Shown: positions 29,811 through 47,242 of the stretch, in pieces
Numbering within the stretch: position 1 is the stretch's first letter
Layout of the letters: the number at the start of each line of letters is the position of its first letter
Assembly (NCBI RefSeq): GCF_009914755.1
Contig: NC_060947.1
Strand: one strand, 5' to 3'
Length of the DNA stretch: 64,000 nt
Source of the DNA: the human T2T-CHM13v2.0 reference genome, Homo sapiens
Notes under the pieces: model-generated
Databases searched by the model: none
Seen by the model: the letters and a program-made list of their open reading frames with translations, nothing else
What the model was told of the DNA's origin: nothing
Made by a program: the position numbers and the translations under genes

Positions 29811-29830
29811 TTTTAAACTGAGAGAAGTCA

Positions 29831-30393
29831 TCTACACTTGAAACCATTAAACTACGCACCATTCATAGGACAGAAGCACAACTATTCTGAAGTTATGGGA
29901 GTGTGGGCTCAACTCCTGTCTGCTTTGTAGTCTCTCAATCTGCCACAGGGCTGTCATCTTAACCCCAGGCCATGGCATGGCCTGCCAAATCCACCTCATT
30001 CACATGGCTGTGGCCACTCAGGGAGATGCAGGTTGAGAGAAATGAGCACATCCTTTCCTGGTTTGGGGCTTTGTCTGTGAAGTGCGTGGGAGGTGAGGCT
30101 GACCTCCAGAGATCTAAAGGCATCATTTTGGGATGCACCAAGCTCTTGAGGCCTGGGACCATGGCAGGCTAACAGCCGAAGGGCCTGCTGCAGAGTCAGG
30201 CTGACATGTGCTGTCTGGTGGTGGGAGTTCTTGTGTATTTGTTGGCTACTGGTGTCTGGCAGTTTAGAATCACTTTGCACAGAATTTTTGCTCTTTCTCA
30301 GGAAAAGAAAATGGGCTAGAAGAAGCCCAATCTTCAGTTCTTGTCTTGGTACCATTTAAAATCAACATTTCATTTGAAAAATAAATAAATAAA
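29831..30393 (+). pseudogene. Candidate retroposed mRNA 3'UTR fragment, parent gene unknown
   Basis: GC-richer block that I do not recognise as a repeat, with an A-rich tail and candidate TSD aaactgag(a/g)gaag after tttt. Confidence 0.4.
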
Positions 30394-30454
30394 CTGAGGG
30401 AAGGCCAATTATTAGTCATTCAAAAAATCTGTATAAAAACGTAATATTGTGAAG

Positions 30455-30620
30455 ACTACAGTGTGTATTTTTAGTCAAAAGCCCCTGAATTTATGTTGTA
30501 GGCAGTTACATTCTAGGTGTGATCTTGACCATGTTACCTAATCTTTTGTACTGTCTCCACATTTGTAAAATACAGGATATTAAAAACCCCAATCTATGGC
30601 GCATCTGGAGGATTAGAATT
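30455..30620 (+). mobile_element. MIR
   Basis: gtgtgatcttgaccatgttacctaatc...ccacatttgtaaaat. Confidence 0.65.
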
Positions 30621-30631
30621 TCCAGAGATTC

Positions 30632-30815
30632 TAATGTGCTTTTGGATATGGTAGTCAGTAGCCATAAGTGGTCACTGAAATTTAAATATAAATTACTTAA
30701 AATTAAATATAATTAAGAATTCAGTTCCTCAATCACAGAATTAAGAGTTCAGTTCCTCAATCACACTAGCCATATTTCAAGTGCTCAATAAATGCATATT
30801 ATTGGACATCACTGT
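30632..30815 (-). mobile_element. MER3/MER33-type (hAT-Charlie) element with a 28-bp internal tandem duplication
   Basis: ttcagttcctcaatcacactagccatatttcaagtgctcaata; duplicated units at 30711-30738 and 30739-30766. Confidence 0.8.
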
Positions 30816-30877
30816 ATGTACATAAAGTATTTAAACCATGCTGATATCTTAACTTGCTACTTAATAATTCATAGTGT

Positions 30878-31331
30878 CAATAGCAAAGACTTGGAACCAA
30901 CCCAAATGTCCACCAATGATAGACTGGATAAAGAAAAAGTGGCACATATACACCATGGAACACAATGCAGCTATAAAAACGAATGAGATCGTGTCCTTTG
31001 CAGGGACATGGATGAAGCTGGAAGTCATCATTCTCAGCAAACCAACACAGGAACAGGAAATCAAACACCACATGTTCTCACTCATAAATGGGAGTTGAGC
31101 AATGAGAACACATGGACACAGGGAGGGGAACATCATACACCAGGGCCCGTCAGTGGGCGGGGAACAAGGGGAGGGAGAGCATTAGGACAAATACCTAATG
31201 CAAGCGGGGCTTAAAACCTAGATGACGTGTTGATAGGTGCAGCAAACTACCATGGCGCATGTATACCTATGTAACAAACCTGCATATTCTGCACATGTAT
31301 CCCAGAACTTAAAGTAAAATAAATAAATAAA
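30878..31331 (+). mobile_element. 5'-truncated L1PA7-like 3' end
   Basis: IAKTWNQPKCP ORF2 tail; ggggcttaaaacctagatgac...gtatcccagaacttaaagtaaaat. Confidence 0.93.
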
Positions 31332-31879
31332 TATATCACTTTTTTTCACTTAGCAACATCACAATTTTGAGGCAACCATTCCTCAAATCATTCTGATATC
31401 CACAGAAGTTATCTCAATGATGCTTCTGAAAGTTTTTTTCAATACATCAAGATATCTTGTATTTTTCCTTGTGTTTACCTCTTTCTCTTTTTGGCGATGG
31501 AGATCATGAAATTCATGGCATGGGGAAAGGCCACTGCTATGGCTTCCTTTTTCTTCTCACCTTGCATGGGCTCCTTGCAATCTCGTCATGCCAGATTGCA
31601 ATGGGCTGATGCTGCCCTTTGGACTCTGAAAAAAATTCCATCTATGCTCATCACTAAGCACCCCTCTGTTACAATATTTACAGAAGTGCCCAAGTGCCTT
31701 GTCAGTATCTCACAGAGACACCTGATCAGAACTCTTCAACTTCCCCTTTGCAAAATCCATTTCTCCCTGAAATTCAGGCACAGGATCTTCCAGCAAGACT
31801 TAAGGCTATATCTTGGGAATCACAGAGCTGTTCTCAAGATACCCTTTCTGTTAGAAATAAACATTTATTTCCTTTAAAT

Positions 31880-32353
31880 CAGCAGTCCCCAACCCTTTTG
31901 GAATCAGGGACCGGTTTCATGGAAGACAATTTTTCCATTGTGGGGTGGGGATGGTTCCTGGGTGATTCAAGCACATTAAATTTATTCTGCACTTTATTTC
32001 TATTATTATTACATACTCATCATAATGTAGAATCAATGGGAGTCCTGAGCTTGTTTTCCTGCAACTACATGGTCCCATCTATATACAGTCCTATCTGGGG
32101 GTGATGGAAGACAGTGACAGATCATCAGGCATTAGATTCTCGTAAGAAGCATGCAACCTAGATAACTTGCATGCACAGTTCACAATAGGGTTCGCGCTCC
32201 TATAAGAATCTAATGCCACCGCTGATCTGACAGGAGGTAGAGCTCGGGCAGTAATGCTCTCGCTCACCTGCCACTCACCTCCTGCTGTGTGGCTGGGTTC
32301 CTAACAGGCCACAGACTAGTACTGGTCCATGACCCAGGGTTTGGGCACCCTGG
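31880..32353 (+). mobile_element. MER1A (hAT-Charlie)
   Basis: cagcagtccccaacc...ttcatggaagacaatttttcca...; perfect 8-bp TSD ctttaaat at 31872-31879 and 32354-32361. Confidence 0.93.
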
Positions 32354-33449
32354 CTTTAAATTATCTCTCTTCTTCTGTTTATTTATATTTCATTTTGTGG
32401 TTTTTCTCTTCAATAGCTATGGTAGTTGTTAGTATTATCATTAGCATTATTATTTTTTGTTAATGATACTTACTATGTAAAAATGCATGATAGGTGGTAC
32501 GGGAGTTGAAAAAGTCATGGCCTTTGCTCATTCAGAACTTATAGAAAGGAAGAGAATATCTAGCCTCAATTAATTAAAATCTAATGTAAATAATTATATG
32601 GCTGGCAGTAAACATGTTTATATTCATTTTCATTATAAGTTTCAAGTATGGAAATGATAGAAATGAGAATAATAATTTTAAATAAGTTGCGATAGAAAAA
32701 ATCACAATGGGGTATTTTGCCTTGATGTTTCTTTTTTTCTCTTTAATAATATCCATCTGTACAGGCGAGGAAGCAACTGTACATGTGGTGTGATTTTAAG
32801 GAAAACTAAATATCTCATTCAAATTAACGTATTTTTCTCTTGAGCTACCTGAGACTCTCAATTTCATACTGAGGCCATTAACATCTATAAAGCCTTTATT
32901 AAAAAATAAAAATGTCCTTTGGGAGTTGTCAAGGGAGAGAGTTGTTTGATGACCCTTTAATATCTCATGAACTCCAATACAGGGGGGTTTCTCAGAAGGT
33001 GTAACAAAGGAATTGAGGTACGGGAAAGGGAGGGAGGAAGTTTGAGAGAGGTACGCAGCACTGGATGTTCATGCCTAGAAGGTGGGCTGGGACTTCCCAA
33101 GGGCCCAAAGTGAAAGGAGAGTTGAAGAGATAAAATGAAGAAAGAGAAACACAGCTGGACATGGTTAAAATTTCAGGCTATTGTTTCTGAAAGTCCGTTT
33201 TCCTTCATCTACGCTCTTGTTGTGATCTGCTCCAGCCATATTTCATATACTTGCAATTAGGCATTCCTAATTAAATGCCTCTGATATCCCAGATGGCTTT
33301 GAGAACAAGACCACATGGGAAGTATTTTTTTTAAAGAGCATGAGGTATATTGAACTTCCCAAATGACTTTCAGGAATATTTTGCTATAAATGTGTCATTT
33401 GAAAGCTGGAAAACAATGTGAAACTACATGACTTATATTTATAGCGGCC

Positions 33450-33558
33450 TGAATTCAATCATTGTACAATGTATATACATATAAGAAACATCACAATTTA
33501 CAACTTAAATATATATAATTTTAACTTGTCAACAATACCTCAGTAAAGCAAGGGGAAA
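33450..33558 (+). mobile_element. L1MA9/10 terminal fragment
   Basis: aatcattgtacaatgtata...aacatcac...tacctcagtaaagc. Confidence 0.6.
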
Positions 33559-34021
33559 AGGATTATAAGATGGTACCAATAAACAGATTGTGAGGGAAGA
33601 AAAGACATGTTAACATATCAGCGATTACTCAAGAAAGGCTTTACTGAGCTGTTCTTATTGAAATGAAATAAGTGAAGAATTTTATAGGTTAAAGCAGATC
33701 TTAGAGCAGTTTATAATAGCTGTGAAGCTAGAGCAAAGACATCCTTGAAATATATCTCTTGGGATGTAACAAATGCTGCAGCAACATTCCTCAAGCAATC
33801 CGTCACATACACAGAGAAGATGAAATACATACACATACCTTATATCACATAGTATAACCTTTTTGGTTCTTTTCACTTACAACAAGAAGATATTTTTATA
33901 TTCTAAATGTGGTACATATGCACATACAATGTGTGAAATGTTTGGCATCACACACAGCCACATTCACATTTGTTGTATTATTATTTACTACTACTATATA
34001 TATAGTGTAATATACATAGGC

Positions 34022-34200
34022 CAGTGACTGTGAAAGCTTAATTCCTGACCAGAAGCATCAGAATTACCTGAGAACTTATCATAAATGCAGTCTCAGTACC
34101 ACCACCACCATCACCATCTCCCGGGTCTGCTTATCAGAAACTCCAAGGAAGAGATAGAGAAATGGTGTTACCCTCTAGGTGATTCTGATGCATGGCACTG
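34022..34200. mobile_element. MER5A
   Basis: agcatcagaattacctgagaactt...aaatgcag...tcagaaactc...aggtgattctgatgca. Confidence 0.75.
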
Positions 34201-34444
34201 ATGTAGACAATGATACGATACTACTGAAAGCAGTATTTCATCATTGTAAAAGGAGGGAGAGTATCTGATTGAAATCAATAAATACATTCTCAATTGTTCT
34301 TTTAACATGAAGCAAACATGTATAGGAGGCGCCTCATCTCCCTCATGTCTACCTATTAAGCATCTTCCACTATACTTTTGTGCAAAAAGTCATTTAAGAC
34401 TTCACCAACATAAGCAGATTTTACTTTGTAAGTTGGCTTCATTT

Positions 34445-35785
<1,341 letters not shown>

Positions 35786-35814
35786 AATTTAAAAACAAAT
35801 AAAATTTGTTTCTA

Positions 35815-36287
<473 letters not shown>

Positions 36288-36289
36288 TT

Positions 36290-36520
36290 AGTAGTAGTTA
36301 TCAAGTGCTTACTGTGCTTACCAGACACTGTTTGAAATGCTTTAAATATTTTAACTCAATTGAACCTTACAACAACCCTTTAAGGGTGGAGATAATATTA
36401 TCTCAGTTGTCTAGGTAAGAAAACTGAAGCATGCAAAAACACGCTGAAGTCATCCAGAAGCAGAGCTGAGATTTGAACCCAAAGACTCTGCAGTTTTGCT
36501 CTTAATTTCTCATTCTTAAA
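36290..36520 (-). mobile_element. MIR
   Basis: agtgcttactgtg...ccttacaacaaccct...gaaaactgaagca...gagatttgaaccca. Confidence 0.8.
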
Positions 36521-37051
36521 CACCACCTTATGCTATTTATTGAGAAAATGTAATAAATAAGAATGACTAACTGGATTTAATCATAAAGTAACTTTTATTT
36601 GTTTCCCAGTATTTCTCTAAATTTATTGAGTAGGGCTGGTTCTTCACCAGGTCCAGGATGAAAATTCAAAGTGAACCCCATTGCTTTTGTAGTCATAAGA
36701 AGGTAAAAAATTAAAAGTGTGGCTTTTAATTTCAAAACACAGTATCACTTCAGCAATTAAGACACCAATCCCAAAAAATGATTTTTAAAAAGTCTCATTT
36801 TTGCTCTACAGTGCAGTTTTCTCAGCTGCCTAAGCTTGGGCCCACTTCAGATGGAAGTCAACTTCTTTATTATCACCTAGACTTTTACCTCACCAATCAT
36901 CATGTGTGATTACAACATAGTTGAATATAGGGAAAAGAGAGAGGAAGAATGAGCAGGAAAGTTCTTATTTGCTTAGTGATGGCATAGTGATCTAGATCCA
37001 GGACACTTTGGATCTGATATTTAGTTAAATCTGACTTTTTCCATGGCAACT

Positions 37052-38274
<1,223 letters not shown>

Positions 38275-38989
38275 TAACTAACATTTCCAGAGATTTCACT
38301 GAAAAAAGTCTAAGAAAACCATATTTTACTTTGTCTTGTTCATGGATCATATTTGGGGTATAGGAAACAGTAACATAATTTTTACCCAAAGGAACACTTG
38401 GAGTGCAATTCAATTGCTATATGGACAAGAAAATTCTTGATGTTTGAATTAAATATAAGTTCTCAGTTTATCCACAGGCAAAACAATAAAACTAGATCCC
38501 TATCTCTCATCATATATAAAAATCAACTCACAATGTATTTAAGACTTAAATGTAAGACCCAAAGCTATGAAAGTGCTAGAAAAAAACATGGGGGAAATGC
38601 TACATACCATCTGTCTGGGCAAGGATTTCTAGATAAGACCTCAAAAGCATTGCCCAAATAAATAAATGGGATTATACCAAACTAAAAAGTTTCTGCAGAG
38701 CAAAGGAGACAATCAACAGAGTGAAGAGACAACCTACAGAATGGGAGAAAATATTTGCAAATTATAGATCAGACAAGGGGTTAACATCTAGAATATATAA
38801 GGAACTCAAACAATCCCATAGCAAAACATAAAAATCTTATTTTTTAAATGGCAAAATATCTGAGCAGACATTTCTCCAAAAAAGAAATTTTTTTTTGGTA
38901 CTCCATGCAAATTACCAACAGATATATGAAAAAATGCTGAACATCACTGATCATAGATAAATGTAAATTAAAAGCACAATGAGGTATCA

Positions 38990-39559
<570 letters not shown>

Positions 39560-39642
39560 TTATTGCAGCACTAATTCGCAATAGCCAAGATATGGAATCA
39601 AAAGTATCCATCAATGAATGAATGGATAAAGAAAATGTGGCA

Positions 39643-39784
39643 GCCAGTTTCAGTGGCTCACACCTGTAATCCCAGAACTCTCGGAGGCCAAAATAAAGGG
39701 ATTGCTTGAAGCCAAGAGTTCAAAACCAGCTTGGGCAACAAAATATGACTATGATTCTGTTTAAAAAAAAGAAAAAAACAACAT
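39643..39784 (+). mobile_element. FLAM (free left Alu monomer)
   Basis: Single left arm plus A tail; perfect TSD gaaaatgtggca at 39631-39642 and 39785-39796. Confidence 0.85.
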
Positions 39785-40192
39785 GAAAATGTGGCATATA
39801 TGCACAATTAAATACTATTCAGTCATTAAAAAGGATGAAATCCTGTCATCTGTGACAACATAGATGAGACAGAAGGATATTAAGTGGAACAAGTCAGGCA
39901 CAGAAAGACAAATTCTGCATGATCTCACTCCTATGGGGAATCTAAAATAATTAAACTCATAGAAGTTGAGAGCAGGATATTGGTTGTCAAAAACTGGGGA
40001 AAATAGGAAGGAAGGGGAGATAAGGATAGGTTGATTAATGGGTACAATGTTACAGTTAGACAGGAGGAATAAGTTCTGGTACTCAATTGCACTATTTAGT
40101 GACTATTGCTAAAAATACTACATCATATATTTCAGATAGATAGAAGAGAGGATTTGGGATGTTCTCACAGCAAAGTAAAGATAAATGTTTAA

Positions 40193-40574
<382 letters not shown>

Positions 40575-41984
40575 TACAATTATTATATGTCAATAAAATA
40601 AATGTCATGGAAAGAAGTGGGCTGACAACGGGAATGTATCAGCTACCAAATAAAACAAACAAAAAAACAGTTCCTGGTGTCCATATTTAAAGAGACACAG
40701 ATTAAACTCATTGTGGCATCTAATTAAAACCTCTTTGTTTTGATGTGGGATGTGGAAGTAATACTACACTCTTCTCCTTTGAAAGGAAGGAACTCATGAC
40801 ACTATTCCCTCCGAATAAACTTGCTAAAAATATTGTCAGGTAAAACCCTGTGAGGCTACTATGACTCTACTTGAAGTTAGGAGGTGTCATTCTGTCCTTC
40901 TCACTTTGCAAGCAAATGGGTCCTCAAAACGCAGTTGTCAGAGAAGAAAATGTTCTTCCCAATCTTTCAAAAATCAAACTCACCAATTCATATTCCTGAT
41001 AGGCTTAAGAAGACTAAAACTATTCTATTTCTGTATTACACTGAACATTTTCATATTTTGGTCTAATGCATTATTTTATAATGTGTTTCAATTAACACTC
41101 CTATTTTGACAACTGATTACACTGTGTTTAATGAACAGATACAATATTCCAGACTCTGGGAGGTAAGTGTAAATCTTGCTTTTTTCCCAGTAAAAACCAC
41201 TGGGTCAATAAAAATGACATTCACCTCAATCATTGCCGCTGAAATCCTTCTCAATATCTTCTCCTCATTATGAACCTCCTAGATAAAAAAAATGCTTACA
41301 TTATATAAACTTCTTCCTCATCATCTTCCTTGTCCAGACTCCACAGACACAAACACCCCCCCACACACACACACACCCCGTATACAACTTATACACACGT
41401 ATACATGCACATTTATGCTCAAAGAAGATGCAGTAACAAAGAATGCAAAAGAAATCAGACTTCCGTGCACACCATTTCCTTTACACATATTGTCTGGTTT
41501 CATTTTGACTGTTTAGTTGATCACCACTCAATAGCTGGACTTTGATGGTTCATATACAGCATCATCGTCCAATTTTATCAAGGCCTGAAATTAACCTGCA
41601 ATTTGGATGAGGCTGAGTATAGAGAAAAATACCTGAGTTCAGCCACAGAGGTAATATCCACTTAGGAGAAAAGCAAAATTTCCAATGAATAAATGAAAAA
41701 GAATGTACAGTTGGCATCAGGTGCCCAAGATAAAAATAAAATAAACAAAACACAAAATAAGGAAGCTTCAGCAAATAATCTTAGCACAGTTGTAAGAGGT
41801 AAAGAGCAAAGTGATATTCAGGGAACATGAGCAGCATCATGAAAGGCTAACAGCCGTGATATAAAGTCCTCCTAATTAGGTTTATGGTTAGAGTAGGGAA
41901 AGAAATTGCTAGAATCAAATGAAGTCCCAGTCTTATAGGGACCAGAATATTTGATAGCTTGTTAAGAGGATGACAATGAATTAA

Positions 41985-42165
41985 TCAGTTACTGTTTATT
42001 GAGTGCTTACTACATTTGAGCCCTGAACTTGATAGTTGAAGTTAACTTAATGATTGTGAAACAGGGTTATTAAATCTATCATGGAAAGTAGGAAACCAAA
42101 GTTTACATAAGTTAAGGTCCTAGGTCATACAGGGAAGTATTAAAATTAGACCCACACTCCTCTTC
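41985..42165 (-). mobile_element. MIR fragment
   Basis: tttattgagtgcttactac...ggaaaccaaag...aaggtcatacag. Confidence 0.55.
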
Positions 42166-42194
42166 CATAATGAAGAGTTGATTACTGAGAAGTG

Positions 42195-42565
42195 ACTATC
42201 TGACCATAGGCTACATTTCCCAGTATTCCCTATATCTAACTCAGTACATGTGACTAGTTCTCACTAATGGCATGTGAGTTGAAGTGCTTTGTGTCTCTTC
42301 TAGGACAAAGCATTTAAGAAATAAATGTGCCTTCTCCATTCTTTCTTTTTTCGTGTGCTGGCTGTAAGTAAATATCCCCAAGGTCCTAGCCTGTGGTGGA
42401 GACGTGAGATTAAAAAAATATGACCTCATCCATCACCAGGTCAAAAGCTACCCTTCAATATTCATATTTGATTGTTGTATGAGAAAGAAAGAAACATTTA
42501 TTGTATTAATCATTCAGATTTGGCCTTAACAGTTGTGGCATCTATCTTTACATACACTAATTCAG
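42195..42565 (+). mobile_element. MLT1J-like LTR
   Basis: ctacatttcccag...catgtgactagttctcactaatggcatgtgag...tgagaaagaaagaaacattttattgt. Confidence 0.75.
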
Positions 42566-43354
42566 TCTTAGTAACTATGAAACACCACCTTTCTAAAGAA
42601 ACTACAATGTGTTGAGTGAGTACCTACTTTGAAGGGTTGTTGTGAGAACTTGGTTAATATATTTGTACAAAATTCTTAGCATAGTGTAAACATGTAGGCA
42701 GTATCACATATGTTCGGAATAACACTGATGATAATTTTGTAGTTTCATTTTAAATGCATTTTCTCATTTTAAACTGAAAATGGAATTAACTGGATTCAAT
42801 AAATTTGAAAAATGAATATCAGAAGAATCAAATAACTTGTTTGTGACAGAGTTGGAAAAAATCCAGGTCCTTAGGTTAAAATGCTGTGCTCTTTTTCCAC
42901 AACATTGTAACACTTTCTGGGTAAGAAAATAGAAAGCAAACACTTCTAAATTTGTTAACAAGTATGGAGTTTGAAAGGTATGGCTGAAGCCTTGAGAAAA
43001 ATTTAGAAGCTCATTTATTCTAGTTGGGGTACAAGATCAAGAATAAGTCAAAAGCAAAGGTTTTTGATAAATTACTTAAATTTCTCTAACACCAAGTAAG
43101 GATTAGGTCTGACTTGCCAGTAGAAGTAAAAAACTACAGCTTTATAAATATTGAGACTCTTGAGGAAGAATCTTCTAAAATTTTTGGGCATATTCTTACT
43201 TCACTTATGGAGTTGAAAACAGCTTCAGAATAAGAAACCACTTTACTTTTCAAGAATGCACCCAATTCAAAATCCCCAATAAACATGTTTTTAACAGATT
43301 GTCTTTATTTTGTTTAAATAAAAATTACCTAAGTAAGATTGGGATTGATTCTAG

Positions 43355-43552
43355 ACCACCATTATCCAATAAATCTTTCTGCAATGATAAAAATATATCC
43401 ACATGATTAAATATGCTAGCCACCAGCCACATATGGTAAGCATCTAAAATGTGGTTAGTGTACCTGAGGAAATGAATTTTTAATTTTCTTTAACTTAAAT
43501 TTAAAGTTATATAACCATGTGTAAACAGTGGCTACCATATTGGGCAATGTAA
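43355..43552 (+). mobile_element. MER3 (hAT-Charlie)
   Basis: tccaataaatctttctgcaatgat...tagccaccagccacat...gtggctaccatattgg; both flanks carry tctaga. Confidence 0.85.
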
Positions 43553-44103
43553 CTCTAGATCTATAAGTTTTATTCTAGTGAAGAAACTGGATTTTTAATG
43601 TAAAAATGTGTGTGGATTAGAAAGATGCTTGAAATTTAGGGCAAAATGGTAACTATATGACCACATTAAAAGAAATACAGGATTTGCAAAACGGAAGTGA
43701 TGTTTACACAAATGTAGACTAATTCAGTCCAAATGTACAAATCCATGTCCGTGGTGTGATTACTAGAAGCCTAGGCTGATGGTAATTTGCAAGGACATAA
43801 TGCATAGCTGTGTAAACAGATCTTACATCCTAAGTCCTCAATCAAGTATTCAGCTTATTGTTGACCTTCCAAAGCCTCCATCTATGCCTTTATCCACCAG
43901 TTAATAATGAATTTGCCTTCTTCTTCAACAGAAAAATAGAGGTCATAAGATGTGAATTTCTTCAGTTTTCCTTCCTACTCTCTTGTCTATCTTTGTTTTA
44001 ATATGCCCCTCTTTTTTTTTTTTTCAGAGAAAAAGGAATTGCTACTTAATGCCAATCATATATCTCCTTCAATTTCTCTTCCGTCCACTAACTTTTGCTT
44101 TCT

Positions 44104-44444
<341 letters not shown>

Positions 44445-46339
44445 TAACTTTTGCTTTCTTAAGGACCGTCTAATTAAGCTGGTTATATCTTATAAGTCTA
44501 GTTTTTATCTTTATTAATTTATATCCAGTTAAATTTATAAGTATACTTAAAAATTTATGATCATTAAAACCAACCAATCAACCAACGAACCAACAATATC
44601 TTCTTTGATTTATTGTCAGTGGTCATGTGTACACTGTGTTCATTTCCTAACCTCCTTCATCCATTAAGTCATGTCTTTGTGTTTTTTGGTCACAAAATCT
44701 AATGAGTCTCCTCTTTCAAAGTTCAATGTGTCCTCAATTAGCAGCTTAGATTGAAAAGTACACTTTTCTTTAATATCATGTTTACTACATGTTGATGATA
44801 TCAGGTTTAAGAAAAATACTATAGTGCATAAATTTGCATGGCACAGTTGACAAATGGATTCGAAATGCTGACTTTTATCAGAGATACTGTTACATTATTT
44901 TATTTTCCCCTGAATAAATGGAAAATATGCACACATATTAATTCACAAAATACCTTTGTTTTCAGTGGAGTTATTCCAAAGAGCTGTACACTTTCTTCAT
45001 GGCATTTAACTTTATTAAAAGTCTTCTGAAATAAAACAAAATTGCTACGCCTCAAAGAAAATAATATTATCTGGTATATCATCAAAAAGGTATTAACTTT
45101 AGTTCATAGAAATCGTTAAATATTTTAGTGATAGAATAAAATGTCTTTACTTTGGCAGCATTAAAATACTTACAAAAAATTAAGTCTTCTGTTTCAAGCT
45201 GTAGTTTTATCCAACACCAATTAAATTTCTTCATATAACATGTGAGACCTTAGTACATAGGGTAATATAGTTGTGGAGGTGCTAAAACGACTCACATTGA
45301 AATTTGGAGTATCATAATATTCATGGAATGCCCTGGGTCATGTACATAATGCACAATAAAGGCTGTTTTCTTAAAACTTCAACAATTTAAAGATTATCTT
45401 TATGCCTTTGAAATCTCAAGTAATTGATTTTTCTTGAAAACTGTTGTAAATATTACATTAGTACTTATTAGTAAGCAAGAACATTTTTTCAACCATGTTT
45501 TAATATTTTACGTTCTTCTAAAACACATATTGTGAATTAATAGAAATACTATTGAAAAATTGGAAACGTAATTTGAAATCATTCAAAAGCAAACGCCTCC
45601 ACTTGAGCCCTATTAGAGGAATATGAACAAAATAATAATGAGCTTGAAAATGATTTTTTGAAAGCAATAAGTAATTTAGTAGCTAAGTCAGGGCCATAGT
45701 GGTTAAGGATCAGCTAGCCATACTGATAATTATATTCCCTATTTGTATGAGGTACAAATATAATGATGGGATAAATTAAAGATAGAGTGCTAGGCAACTC
45801 AACTTTCCCGATATATCGCCTCACAGCCTTTCAAAGGGTAAAGAGTACATTCAAACAGAAATCACAACACATTCTTTGTTACTGGCCTATCCATATTACA
45901 TATTTTTGCCATTCAAATAAAAACTACAGTGTGCAATTACAGCCAATACCATCAACCACAAGAGCAACCCAGTTGACAATTCTCCAAGGTTTGCAGTCTT
46001 AGATAAAATTTAAAAATTAAATTATCACAGAATACTGTTTTATATTATAGTCTAAGTTATCATTTGTTTAGTATAACTTTAAATAACTTGCCTACTTCAT
46101 AAAAGAAAGCAAGAGTGAGCAAGAACTACTGAGAAATGGGAGATTTTTACAAAGCTTCCTGTCTCAGAACATTCTACTTCAGTCCACATCATTAAATTAG
46201 TGAGTCAAGTAACTTTACAGGAGCAGTTTGACTCATTAACAGTGAGTGCAGTGTATGACTCAAATTACAAATTTGATACAGAAAATACAAAGTAAGAGTC
46301 TGGAACCTGCATAATCAAATAATCTTCCAATCTCAAGCA

Positions 46340-47242
46340 AATAGATACATATTATATATTATATAAATATGTATGTACATATGTCCATACAATATATGTG
46401 TATATATCATATATAAATTTTACATGGTTAATAGATTTATATTTATATAGGTTTATATTTATAATAGATTATATATTTATAATCTTTAGATTTATATTAA
46501 ATAGATTTGTATTTATATTTATATTTATTTATATATGTATACATGTAAATATGTAAATATATACATGTATGCATATATGTAAACATGCATATATAGGCAT
46601 GCATATACACAAACATATGTATATATGCATATATGTAAATATATGTAAATATACACATATATGTATATACATAAACATATGTAAATATACATGTATGCAT
46701 ATACATAAATATATGTATATATGCATATATGTAACTATGTATATACGCATATATATCCATATGTAAATATGTATGTATATATGTAAATATATGTATATAT
46801 ACATATGTATACATATATACATATGTGTGTATGTGCATATGTAAATACACACACATGTATATATGTACATATGTATGTATATACACATATATGTAAATGT
46901 GTATGTATGTACATATATGTATGAAATATATGTGAATATGCACATATATGTAAATATATGTATGTATGCTTATATGTAAATATATGTATGTATGCTTATA
47001 TGTAACTATATGTATGTATGCTTATATGTAAATATATGTCTGTATGCATATATAAATGTATGCGTACATGCATATATGTAAATGTATGTGTGTATGCATA
47101 TATGTATATAAGTGGATATACATATATATGCATGTATGTATATGTATATATACATACATGTGTATATGTATGTATACACATATATACACATATATGTATG
47201 TATACACATGTGTATATATACATACATGTGTATATATACATA
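46340..47242. repeat. ~900-bp degenerate (TA/TG/CA) tandem low-complexity array
   Basis: Recurring atatgtaaatatatgtatgt-like units. Confidence 0.92.

Noticed and set aside
31491-32104. Overlapping 128 and 136 aa ORFs
   Set aside because: Non-ATG starts, no recognisable domain, and the second runs into MER1A.
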